Shown here: one piece after another, positions 15,673 through 24,635 of the stretch
Layout: each line of letters begins with the position of its first letter
How positions within the stretch are numbered: the stretch's first letter is position 1
The notes under the pieces: model-generated
Databases searched by the model: none
What the model saw: the letters and a program-made list of their open reading frames with translations, nothing else
Told to the model about the DNA's origin: nothing
Source: Candidatus Dadabacteria bacterium
Lineage (GTDB): Bacteria > Desulfobacterota_D > UBA1144 > Nemesobacterales > CSP1-2
Direction of reading: 5' to 3'
DNA length: 24,883 nucleotides
Assembly (NCBI GenBank): GCA_040289575.1
Contig: PSLL01000001.1
Location: forward strand, 64,919-89,801
Made by a program: the position numbers and the translations under genes

Positions 15673-17850
15673 ATGGAGTTCAATATCTTGGATGATCTTA
15701 ACCCTTCTCAAGCAGAGGCCGTTTCGCATCCCGAGGGACCGCTTCTTGCCCTTGCAGGGGCGGGTTCGGGAAAAACGAGGGTGATAACCTATAGAATCGC
15801 CTATCTGATTAAGGAAAGAGGAATCCCACCCGCTAATATTTTAGCCGTAACGTTTACAAACAAGGCTGCAAATGAGATGAAAGAGAGGGTGCACCGCCTT
15901 GTCGCACGCGACGCGCACGAGTTGTGGATAGGGACCTTCCACTCGGTATGCTTAAGAATTCTCAAAAAGGAGATAGACAAACTCGAGGGTTTTAGAAGGG
16001 ATTTCATAATATACGACGAGGTTGATCAAATAAAACTCATAAGGCAGTGCATGAATGACATAGGGTTTAGCGATCGTATATTCGATCCAAGGTCTGTCCG
16101 CTCTCAGATAGATTCCGCTAAAAATAGGGGACTTGATCCTGGGGATTTTGGGGCGAATATATATGACGAGAAGATTTCTAGGGTTTATCACATATATGAA
16201 AAGGAACTGAGGCGACAGAATGCACTAGACTTTGGAGACCTTCTCCATTTCACAGTTGTGCTTTTTGAGAAGAGGCCGGATGTGCTTGAGAGGTATCAAA
16301 ACCAGTTCCAACATATCCTTGTAGACGAATATCAGGATACGAACTATCTTCAGTATAAAATCGTAAAATCGCTTTCCGGAAAGCATAGAAACATATTCGT
16401 TGTAGGCGACGACAATCAATCAATATACGGATGGCGCGGCGCGGACATATCAAACATTCTCAATTTTGAGAATGACTTCCCTGAGGCAAAGGTCGTAAAG
16501 CTTGAGCAGAACTATAGATCGACCAAGAATATTCTCAGGGCTGCAAATGCGATAATTCTCAGAAACAGATACAGACGCGACAAAAGACTCTGGACGGAAA
16601 ACCCTGATGGCGAGCTTGTGACATACTACGAGGCCCGCGACGAGAGGGATGAAGCCAAATACGTCGCCTCTTGTATAGAATACGAAAAGAACAATTTTGG
16701 AAAATCATACTCGGATTTTGCCGTATTCTACAGGACGAATAATCAGTCGCGTTTAATAGAAGAAGAGCTTGTGCATAGGGGAATTCCTTACACAATTGTG
16801 GGAGGAGTGGGTTTTTATGAACGGGCTGAGATAAAGGACATTATGGCTTATCTGAGGGTCATAGCCAATCCGCTCGATGAGATGAGCATAAGACGCATAA
16901 TCAATGTTCCGCCGAGGGGTATCGGAAAGAACACAATGGATGCACTTGAGAGAATATCTCAAGAGAGGGATGTCTCTATGTTTGATGCCATAGGGATTGC
17001 TCTAAAGGATGGTGTTCTCCCCAAGAAGGCCGCCGGGAGCGTGGAGAGGTTCTATAGACTTCTTAATGAGCTTATAAGGTTCTCAAAAAGACTGCCGATT
17101 GGAAAACTCCTTGAGAGGATTCTTGAGAAGACGAATTACATTGAGATGATTGAAAACGAGGAAGAAAGACGCCAGAACATAGGAGAGATGTTGAACCTTG
17201 CCGCTGAGTTTGAAAAGGAAGAAGGCGATGCAGACATCCATGACTTTCTTGACTGGCTTACGCTCTCAAGCGATGTCGACAGGTTCAATGAAAAGGCTGA
17301 TCAGGTTACCCTTATGACGCTTCATTGTGCTAAGGGGCTTGAGTTTCCAATAGTCTTTATTGTAGGGATGGAGGAAAATCTCTTTCCCCATATTAAATCG
17401 CTGGGAATTGGAAAACTGATAGAAGAAGAAAGAAGGCTTTGCTATGTGGGAATCACAAGGGCAAAGGAGAAAATCTATATTACAAGCACATCTAAAAGGA
17501 GATTCTTTGGAGTCGAGCAAAGGTCAATCCCTTCGAGATTTATAACCGAGATTCCAAAGAAGCTTCTCCATTGGGGAAACTATCAAATGGATCCTGCAGA
17601 ACAGACTAATAGGGGTTCTAATGACTCATCTCGTCATTATGCCAATGGCAACAGTCAACACAGCAGAGTCTATAAGAATGGAGATGTGCATCAATACATA
17701 ACAGGACAAAAGGTAACACATCCCCATTTCGGGCAGGGGGTAATAAAAAGGGTAGAGGGATTTGGCGATGAGGCGAAAATCGTTATCTCTTTTCCCAACC
17801 ACGGCGAGAAAAGGATTATTGCGAGCTTTCTCGGGCTTAAAAAGGCTTAG
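15673..17850 (+). CDS. pcrA: ATP-dependent DNA helicase PcrA/UvrD
   Basis: LAGAGSGKTRV, AVTFTNKAA, VDEYQDTN, VGDDNQSIYGWRGA, LEQNYRST, MTLHCAKGLEFP, EERRLCYVGITRA, C-terminal Tudor-like V.HP.FGQG. GGAGG SD. Confidence 0.97.
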   Translation: MEFNILDDLNPSQAEAVSHPEGPLLALAGAGSGKTRVITYRIAYLIKERGIPPANILAVTFTNKAANEMKERVHRLVARDAHELWIGTFHSVCLRILKKEIDKLEGFRRDFIIYDEVDQIKLIRQCMNDIGFSDRIFDPRSVRSQIDSAKNRGLDPGDFGANIYDEKISRVYHIYEKELRRQNALDFGDLLHFTVVLFEKRPDVLERYQNQFQHILVDEYQDTNYLQYKIVKSLSGKHRNIFVVGDDNQSIYGWRGADISNILNFENDFPEAKVVKLEQNYRSTKNILRAANAIILRNRYRRDKRLWTENPDGELVTYYEARDERDEAKYVASCIEYEKNNFGKSYSDFAVFYRTNNQSRLIEEELVHRGIPYTIVGGVGFYERAEIKDIMAYLRVIANPLDEMSIRRIINVPPRGIGKNTMDALERISQERDVSMFDAIGIALKDGVLPKKAAGSVERFYRLLNELIRFSKRLPIGKLLERILEKTNYIEMIENEEERRQNIGEMLNLAAEFEKEEGDADIHDFLDWLTLSSDVDRFNEKADQVTLMTLHCAKGLEFPIVFIVGMEENLFPHIKSLGIGKLIEEERRLCYVGITRAKEKIYITSTSKRRFFGVEQRSIPSRFITEIPKKLLHWGNYQMDPAEQTNRGSNDSSRHYANGNSQHSRVYKNGDVHQYITGQKVTHPHFGQGVIKRVEGFGDEAKIVISFPNHGEKRIIASFLGLKKA

Positions 17851-17869
17851 CGTTTATTCCAAATTTAAT

Positions 17870-18205
17870 CTACCGCCCCTTTATCTCCAATCTACTCGCA
17901 TCCACGTTTTTGATTCTATATTCCTTTCCATCTATTACTACCTTGGTGTTCTCGGCTATCTTGATTGCCTTTTCTTTCTCATCGCTGGATTGTGCTCTGC
18001 CAGTAAGACTGACATTCAAATCTTTGGTTTCGACATGTAACTCGACCGATATGTTCTCTTTAAAGAATTCTTCCCTTATGGCTTTGGTAATTTCAAAATC
18101 TGCATGCGCCTGATTAACGTTGTCTTTATTCCTATGACAGCCGGTAGGTATCAATGGGGTCGAGAAGATAACCATCAGGATTATTGCCCTTTTAGACCTC
18201 TCCAT
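17870..18205 (-). CDS. BON-domain (OsmY-like) putative lipoprotein
   Basis: Signal peptide ending PTG-C. DFEITKAIREEF...LHVETKDLNVSLTGRAQSSDEKEKAIKIAEN is the BON pattern. AAGGAGG SD. Confidence 0.8.
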   Translation of the reverse strand: MERSKRAIILMVIFSTPLIPTGCHRNKDNVNQAHADFEITKAIREEFFKENISVELHVETKDLNVSLTGRAQSSDEKEKAIKIAENTKVVIDGKEYRIKNVDASRLEIKGR

Positions 18206-18227
18206 TTTGTTGGGTCCCTCCTTAATG

Positions 18228-18614
18228 TTATCCGTGCTGTATATTTAATTTGGTTTTTGAGACCTCTACAAGCAGCTGCTCTACACTTATCTTCTCCGGG
18301 TGCATTGGTATTTGCATGGAAGCGACCACAATCTCTTGCGTGCCCTGTCTTCTCTTGACACTCAGCTTAAAGTCGGCGTCAATCTTTATCCCATTTTCTA
18401 CAATCCCTATGTGTAAAGGGTTCGTGGCTTTGAGGTCTATCTCATATGTAGCCCATATATCTTTGATGAGTTTGTCAACGATTGTCTGTATCTGATCCAG
18501 ATTTTCAGAAAAGGTTTTTTGAATGAGCTCCCTTATTTGATTTCCCAGCGCCGGTCCAAAATTAGAGCACAAGTCTTTTACAATACTACCTAAAAACCCT
18601 TGTGTGTCTGGCAT
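18228..18614 (-). CDS. Hypothetical protein (IGxVENGIxID family, copy 2)
   Basis: 128-aa ORF with AAGGAG SD. Shares a motif with the upstream small gene. Confidence 0.75.
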   Translation of the reverse strand: MPDTQGFLGSIVKDLCSNFGPALGNQIRELIQKTFSENLDQIQTIVDKLIKDIWATYEIDLKATNPLHIGIVENGIKIDADFKLSVKRRQGTQEIVVASMQIPMHPEKISVEQLLVEVSKTKLNIQHG

Positions 18615-18676
18615 TTCTATTTTCTCCTTTGGAAGGGATTTAATAAATGCGCAACTATCTAAACGGTCTTTTAGGA

Positions 18677-18900
18677 TTATTTCTTTGAAGAGAAGTCAAT
18701 TGGTATTAGGAGTCCGCCGATTTTGACCCTGGATTGGTTGGTAAGGGTTATGAAAAAATCGTTTTATTGAAGATTGTAGCCCTGATAAGCGGGTCAATGA
18801 CAATCCCATTTTCTACGAATCCGATTCTTATGTTTCCGTCTATCTGTGTTTCGTAACTCTCAATCAGTTCCCCCAATATGTCTTTTACAATTTCACCCAT
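18677..18900 (-). pseudogene. Small hypothetical protein (IGxVENGIxID family, copy 1), probably frameshifted; not in the ORF track
   Basis: AAGGAGGTG SD then ATG 18900: MGEIVKDILGELIESYETQIDGNIRIGFVENGIVIDPLIRATIFNKTIFS* (stop 18748). Adding one base in the A6 run (18753-18758) extends it with ITLTNQSRVKIGGLLIPIDFSSKK* to 18677 (74 aa). Confidence 0.65.
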
Positions 18901-18941
18901 GAAAGACACCTCCTTCTATATTGTATATCGTATGCCTTTTT

Positions 18942-20632
18942 CTAAACGCCCTTCATAATAATCCTTTCCGCAATCCTTTCCCCCAGCGCTCCGATTATCT
19001 TTGAAGGGTTGGGCCCCAGAGCCGAAGGCACAATTGAGCCATCGGCCACATACAGATTCGGGTAGTTGAAAACCTGCCCGTCCGCGTCAACAACCCCCTT
19101 TGTATCATCATCCCCCATAGGACATCCGCCCAAAGGATGCACTGTAATTAGGTGTTTCTGAGCCGACCATATAGGGTTCAACATCAAATTGCCGTCAAGC
19201 CCCGGCCTGGGAGCCTCGGTTATTTCTCGAAGTGTCCTCTCTATTTCTCTAAAAAGTGACATACTATGGGTGTGATTCCAATTAATCTCAAGATCCCCTT
19301 CATCGTCTATTGACATCTCCCCATCGGCGGCATCAATGCCCATTACTAAATAAGGGAGGTTATCTCTTACTGCGTCAAAATCCATCTGCTTAAGGAGTTG
19401 ATTAAAGATTCCCTCAATTAACCTATCACTTCCACCCATATTAAAAATCCCCTTTAGTGTACGCAGCCATTTGCGTCCGGAGGCATACCCGCCTGAGGTT
19501 CGCCTCAAATACGCCCTGAGTATATCTGGGAAGCCGCCGTCTTCTACAATAAATCCGTGCTCGCCGAGCTTATCGCGGTAATCTATCGTTGCGGTTATTG
19601 TAGGGCCGGTCATAGGGTTTACGGTGCGATTGGTTTCAAACCCGACTGCTCCGAAATCGCCGTTTCCTGAAAAATACCTCCCTAGCATATCGCTCAAATT
19701 GGGCAGTGTAGGGGCCATTTTCTTCCGACCGATTCTATATCCGTGTTTACACCTGAGTAGAAGCTCGGTAGACCCTAATGAACCGGCAGACACGATGAGT
19801 GTTTTTGCCGATACCGTTCCTGAGAAATTCCATCTCAGGTCCTCATAATGGACTGTATAGCCTTTAGGATGGATGGGATGGTCATCGGGGTTCTGCTCGA
19901 TTTTTACTACATTATTTTGAGAATATACCTCGGCTCCGGCTTTGACTGCGAGCCAGAGATAATTCAGATCGAGTGTATTCTTAGAATGCGTGTTGCAGCC
20001 GATAAAGCACTCGCCGCAATAGGCGCACCCAATCTGAGGGGGCCGCCTCGGCCATAGGGGTCTTTATTTAAGATCCCCTTTTCACCTCCGTTTTTTCCCC
20101 AGTAGATTGCCAGGTCAAGGAGCCTGAACCTGTCGGATGCCTCCACTCCATCGGCGGTCGCCTTTAATGCCAACGTCTTCAGAGGGGGGTCTGGTATTGG
20201 GCTGGGCCTGAGCATATTAAAAACCCTCTCATAATACCTGGGCATCTCCTCATGCCAGTTGACAGAACTGGGCCAGCGTTTTTGACCCTCTGGGCCCACT
20301 ATATCAAATGTTGATTTAAAGGCATCTATCTGAACATCTAGATAGACAAGGGAGGTTCCTCCCACCCCGCTTCCAACCATCACACTGATGTTGTTAAATG
20401 ACCTGAATTCCAAAAGCCCCTTCCATCCCCCTTTTCCGCCATCCCGCCACCACCAGTCCTTTGGCTTTGACAGATTTCTTGGAAACTCGCCCATGTGATA
20501 ACGCTTTCCGCGCTCAATCACACAGACAGAGACCCCTTTCCCCGCCCTTTTCTGGGCCTCCGCCAGACGACACGCCGTGACGGAGCCGCCGAAACCGGAG
20601 CCGATTATAACCACATCATAATATCGCTTCAT
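18942..20632 (-). pseudogene. GMC-family flavin oxidoreductase, cholesterol oxidase (ChoD)-like, single frameshift
   Basis: DVVIIGSGFGGSVTACRL, ERGK, GSGVGGTSLVY. Adding one base in the G5 run (20038-20042) gives GGPPQIGCAYCGECFIGCNTHSKNTLDLNYL...IVSAGSLGSTELLLR, continuous with ORF 18942..19793 (FSGNGD, TVHPLGGC, LYVADGS, GPNPS). About 563 aa. Confidence 0.9.
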
Positions 20633-20682
20633 TATGTGTCCTCTTCTAAAAGCATATAGGGTTGTTCGCCTTCAATTGCTTT

Positions 20683-21072
20683 TCATCTACCAGTCTTTTT
20701 GGCAAAATCGAGAAACATTCCAAATAATGCGGCAAATATCAGATCGCCTATGACTGGAATCAGGAAGAATAGAGGAACCTGTCCCCTGAGTGTTATCATG
20801 TTGTATATGAATATAATTGCAAAGGCCATCTTGCCTATTATCCCCAATATGACGATGTTTTTATTCCCATACATGTCCCTGTAAACCATATAATACCCAA
20901 TGCCGAATGTGACGAAGAGGGCAATCCATGAATGGAAATATGCAGGCGGCTGAGGCGGAGTCAGATTGGCTGTAGAGAATATCCATACGGCAAAAAGTGT
21001 GATAAATGCCCCTCCGACAATATTCCATAGTGCTCCGATTAAAAACACCCTTTTATAGAAACTCTCGTTCAT
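20683..21072 (-). CDS. Small integral membrane protein (about 4 TM)
   Basis: 129 aa with four hydrophobic segments (FLIGALWNI, FGIGYY, ILGIIGK, IGDLIFA). Tight operon spacing. Confidence 0.85.
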   Translation of the reverse strand: MNESFYKRVFLIGALWNIVGGAFITLFAVWIFSTANLTPPQPPAYFHSWIALFVTFGIGYYMVYRDMYGNKNIVILGIIGKMAFAIIFIYNMITLRGQVPLFFLIPVIGDLIFAALFGMFLDFAKKTGR

Positions 21073-21093
21073 TTTCTGCCTGCTGTGATATGA

Positions 21094-22350
21094 TTAAATA
21101 TGCGCATACTCGCCATATCCTCTTCCGCTTATGGTTTGTCCTTTGTATGTACCTTCGTAAGAGAAATTATAGTAGATCATGTTGCTTGAAATAGAGGCCG
21201 GGGGCCACTCTCTTTTTCCCGTGTATTCAAAGATTCCATCATCCATCACCGCCCTTACATGCCACCTCTTATAGAGTCTTACAGACGGTTTCCCCCGACA
21301 CTCGGCATCCACAATGTCAGTCTCGGGGTCGTCGAGATACTTGATCCTTACACTTTTGATCTCCCTATATGCGCCGTTTATATAAACTCCCCCTCGGTTT
21401 CGAAAATCTATTCCGAATCCCCTTGCATGAATGAAACCGCCCTGATGGTTATTATCACCGATGAACAACTCGTAATGGTATCGGATTGGTTTAAGAGAGG
21501 GGAAGAGGTTTTCTAACCATACGATGGGCAGCCAGAATCTGTCGAAATCAAACGGCTTGCGGGCAAAACCGTGCTCAAAACAACCCCTTCCATTGATTGA
21601 ATAAGTCTCCTCTTTATCGGTTAACTTATGAATATCGCTCCTTCTTGTCCTTCTTTTATACGTTATCTTTCCATACAGTTTTCCGAATGCCGCAAAATAG
21701 GTAAAAAATTCAGGAACATCCGCCCACCAGATTATGCTCTCTCCGTTGTAATGGAAGGTGAGGCTAATATCCGATTCTGGATTAGTAAATTGAAATTCAT
21801 AGTTTGGCCATGCGCCAGTGATTCTGCCGTATAGTTCCATCTCATTATCGCTTTTAGCCTTAACGCCAGTTATAGAAACGTCCAGTTTCTTATGGTCAAT
21901 ATTTAGGTCTGTTTTCTTCGTCATGTAATTATGTGAGAGGTTGTTTTCCCTCTCCTCTTTTCCGTTGATTTCCTCCTCTGTCGGGATTAGTGTGAGATGT
22001 TCAACCGCTTCAAATGTAGATAGTCTAAGGAGGAGCTTTTCATAGCTGTCTATGCCCTCAAGTCCATAGAGGCCGGTCATAATGCTTGCCCGAATCATCT
22101 TAACGGGGATATTTCTGTCTTCGGGAACCATAAAAAAATACCACCCGTCCCAGCCTGGCCATCGGACTCCGGTATCCACTTCGCCGTGTTTATCCAATTT
22201 GAAGTATCTGGGCAACTCGTATTCTTTGGATAGAGAATCTCTATTGTTGACTAAAGAGCGGTCAAAGAATCTGTATACCCAGAGTGAATTGAATCTGATA
22301 ATGAGGTAAAAAAGGACAAGAACTATTATGACTATGGCAAGAATTGTCAT
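21094..22350 (-). CDS. Membrane-anchored hypothetical protein, possibly AttH/CrtC/tocopherol-cyclase-like beta-barrel
   Basis: 418 aa, N-terminal TM helix, aromatic beta-rich body, WDGWYF near the N-terminus, internal INGRGCFEH and terminal ISGRGYGEY (duplicated barrel-end motif). The fold call is inference. Confidence 0.7.
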   Translation of the reverse strand: MTILAIVIIVLVLFYLIIRFNSLWVYRFFDRSLVNNRDSLSKEYELPRYFKLDKHGEVDTGVRWPGWDGWYFFMVPEDRNIPVKMIRASIMTGLYGLEGIDSYEKLLLRLSTFEAVEHLTLIPTEEEINGKEERENNLSHNYMTKKTDLNIDHKKLDVSITGVKAKSDNEMELYGRITGAWPNYEFQFTNPESDISLTFHYNGESIIWWADVPEFFTYFAAFGKLYGKITYKRRTRRSDIHKLTDKEETYSINGRGCFEHGFARKPFDFDRFWLPIVWLENLFPSLKPIRYHYELFIGDNNHQGGFIHARGFGIDFRNRGGVYINGAYREIKSVRIKYLDDPETDIVDAECRGKPSVRLYKRWHVRAVMDDGIFEYTGKREWPPASISSNMIYYNFSYEGTYKGQTISGRGYGEYAHI

Positions 22351-22365
22351 TTCATCCCCTTATTA

Positions 22366-22928
22366 CTACCAGGTGTCTAAGTGTCTTCCTTTCCTTCTCA
22401 GTTTAAAGAAAAAGATAAGGAGCGCAACACTCCAGACTATGAGCGTGAAGATCAACATGAAAAGGAATGTGCGGTCTTGATAGAACCATAGGGCTGTGCC
22501 CGATTTCCATTTGGCATAGCTTCCCAGATGAAACGTGCGGTCTATCTGTTCAAAGATCCAAACCGCCGAGTAGATGAAGATTGCAATGTATATGATCCTA
22601 TTTGCTACAATGTGTCCATTCTTGACCAGCCAATATCCCAGTAGAAATCCTCCATTTCCGGCCAGGAAAAAACCACTATAAATATTGGGAGATAGTATGG
22701 GTATGTGGTCACAGAATCCGCGTACCACCACATGTGCGTGGTTTCCCAGCCAAAGTAGTTGAGTAGGAAGTACACGGGAATCCAGCTAAAGAAAAATATC
22801 TGATAGATGTTGTTTTTAAGAAGCGATTGGTAGTAATACTCTGGCCTGCCAGTTTGGAGTTGCTTGTGTGCGGCATCGGCAAAGATGGTTCCTATGGCAA
22901 ATGCGACTGGAACGTCAATCTGCACCAT
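22366..22928 (-). pseudogene. Polytopic membrane protein (about 187 aa), single frameshift
   Basis: GAGGTG SD then ATG 22928: MVQIDVPVAFAIGTIFADAA...FGWETTHMWW...IFIVVF. Adding one base in the A6 run (22667-22672) joins it to FLAGNGGFLLGYWLV... of ORF 22366..22731. Confidence 0.8.
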
Positions 22929-23078
22929 GTTACACCTCTCTGTTGAATGTGATATGGACTTATATAAAACCTCCCCAATCCGACCTGTCTGCAATGTGAA
23001 GACGAGAACTGATTCCCCAGGACAGAGCCTTGTATAGCGCTTACCAATGCACCAGACTCACATTAATATAAACATATT

Positions 23079-23095
23079 TGCAAGCCCTATGCCAG
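23079..23095 (-). promoter_or_regulatory. sigma54 (-24/-12) promoter
   Basis: The minus strand reads CTGGCATAGGGCTTGCA, i.e. TGGCAY-N5-TTGCW with exact GG-N10-GC spacing, 150 nt upstream of ATG 22928. Confidence 0.8.
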
Positions 23096-23144
23096 CCCTA
23101 AGTTACTAAAATTGCTTTATCCCTTTCTTATGGATTTTTAAGTG

Positions 23145-23261
23145 TGTAAAAAGGGTTTACATTATTCTATTGTGGAATTTAATAAGTAGTTGAAGACATT
23201 GGGTTTTTATCAATATCCAGCATATAAAAGGGAGTCTACACTGCGTTAATAGAGTCTACAC
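23145..23261. promoter_or_regulatory. Candidate upstream activator sites
   Basis: Palindrome TGTAAA-aaggg-TTTACA (23145-23161) and exact direct repeat GAGTCTACAC at 23232-23241 and 23252-23261. Confidence 0.5.
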
Positions 23262-23336
23262 CTCGGAAGCGATTCTATTTATAGAGTCAGTAATTAAGAG
23301 TTTTATTTCAAATCAACCCTCATTTGCCTAAATTCA

Positions 23337-23364
23337 TTGACAACTATTTTCTTTCAGATAGGAT
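23337..23364 (+). promoter_or_regulatory. Putative sigma70 promoter of def
   Basis: TTGACA (23337-23342), 16 nt, TAGGAT (23359-23364). Confidence 0.5.
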
Positions 23365-23376
23365 TTTAGCCTTGCT

Positions 23377-23892
23377 ATGTCTCTTCTAAGAATTCTCAGT
23401 TATCCGGACCCAAGGCTCAGAAAAAGGTCTCTCTCTGTAGAGAGGATAGATAAAGAGATCGAGAAACTTCTTGATGATATGATTGAGACGATGTACAAGG
23501 CGCCGGGAGTCGGGCTTGCCGCACCTCAGGTCGGTGTAAATCTAAGGGTGATTGTAATTGATGTTTCTGTAAGGCAGGAGGGCACACCCGGACTCATACA
23601 GCTTATAAATCCTGAGATTATTTCATCTGAGGGTAGTCAGGTCGAAGAAGAAGGCTGTCTGAGCATTCCCGGATTTTCAAGCGAGGTCAGGAGAAAGGCA
23701 ACCGTCAGGGTTCAAGGGCTCGATCGAAGCGGAAAGCCCATTGAGATAGAGGGAAGCGGACTCCTTGCCCGTGCCTTTCAGCACGAAATAGACCATATAG
23801 ATGGGATTCTTTATATAGACAGGCTGAGCAGGTTAAAAAGGGAATTGATGAAAAAAAGGGTCGAGAGAGCACTAAGGAGCGAGGAAGACTAA
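23377..23892 (+). CDS. def: Peptide deformylase
   Basis: [18 protein letters not shown] and QHEIDH motifs. Confidence 0.98.
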   Translation: MSLLRILSYPDPRLRKRSLSVERIDKEIEKLLDDMIETMYKAPGVGLAAPQVGVNLRVIVIDVSVRQEGTPGLIQLINPEIISSEGSQVEEEGCLSIPGFSSEVRRKATVRVQGLDRSGKPIEIEGSGLLARAFQHEIDHIDGILYIDRLSRLKRELMKKRVERALRSEED

Positions 23893-24083
23893 GCGGCTTT
23901 CCGGACCCTTCCGGATTTAATACAGTTTGTGCAAACCCTGATTCTTCTTACCTCTCCACTCTGAAGATGCGCTTTAACCCTTCTAAGGTTGATATTCCAT
24001 CGTCTTTTTGTCTTATTATTTGCGTGGCTTACGTTGTGTCCATAGACGGGTTTTTTCCCACATATTGTGCAAATCTGAGCCAT
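23889..24083 (-). CDS. rpmB: 50S ribosomal protein L28 (Cys-containing, Zn-binding type)
   Basis: [29 protein letters not shown]...VCTNCIKSG. The stop codon overlaps the def stop. Confidence 0.97.
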   Translation of the reverse strand: MAQICTICGKKPVYGHNVSHANNKTKRRWNINLRRVKAHLQSGEVRRIRVCTNCIKSGRVRKAA

Positions 24084-24173
24084 TGAAAGATCCTTATTCT
24101 TTTATTGATTAAAAAACTATACCTACTGATATGGGCTATTGCAAGGCAACCAGTTGATTGGGATTAAGTAGAC

Positions 24174-24575
24174 TCACACCACCTCTTCCTGGTAGCCCTC
24201 CGCCGCCCTGAATATGACCTTGAATAAGTCCGTTGTAGAAATAATGCCCACCAGTTTTCTTCCTTCCATCACGGGAAGATAACGAACGTTCTCTTCATAC
24301 ATAATTCTTGTCAGTTCATCAACACTGTCATTGCTCTGTGCGCATTGGACACTCTCTGTCATAACATCTCGTATCTTCGTTTTCTCAGGGTCTCTTCCAT
24401 CAGCTACCACGCGGGTGAGGAGGTCTCCTTGTGTAAATATCCCAAAAGTCGGTTTTGGGGTTTGAACAATGAGCGCTCCTACATTGTGTTTTGCCATGAT
24501 TTGCACCGCTTCCTTTACAGATGTGTTTTCATCAACGGAGAGGACATCTTTGGTCATAATCTCATACGCCTTCAT
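24174..24575 (-). CDS. Stand-alone CBS-pair protein
   Basis: GGAGG SD then MKAYEIMTKDV...AVQIMAKHNVGAL...GIFTQGDLL...DVMT...RYLPV...VGIISTTDL. Confidence 0.92.
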   Translation of the reverse strand: MKAYEIMTKDVLSVDENTSVKEAVQIMAKHNVGALIVQTPKPTFGIFTQGDLLTRVVADGRDPEKTKIRDVMTESVQCAQSNDSVDELTRIMYEENVRYLPVMEGRKLVGIISTTDLFKVIFRAAEGYQEEVV

Positions 24576-24596
24576 GGTTTCAACACCTCCTTGGGT

Positions 24597-24635
24597 TTTA
24601 TATAGAGTTTGACCGGAGGTCAAACTCTATATAAA
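24597..24635. repeat. Perfect 18-bp inverted repeat with 3-nt loop
   Basis: TTTATATAGAGTTTGACC-gga-GGTCAAACTCTATATAAA. Confidence 0.9.

Noticed and set aside
23232..23261. CRISPR-like array from the GAGTCTACAC repeats
   Set aside because: Only two 10-bp copies with a 10-bp spacer, and no cas genes.
24609..24623. FNR/CRP box within the 18-bp inverted repeat
   Set aside because: The core is TTGAC-N5-GTCAA, whereas FNR needs TTGAT-N4-ATCAA.
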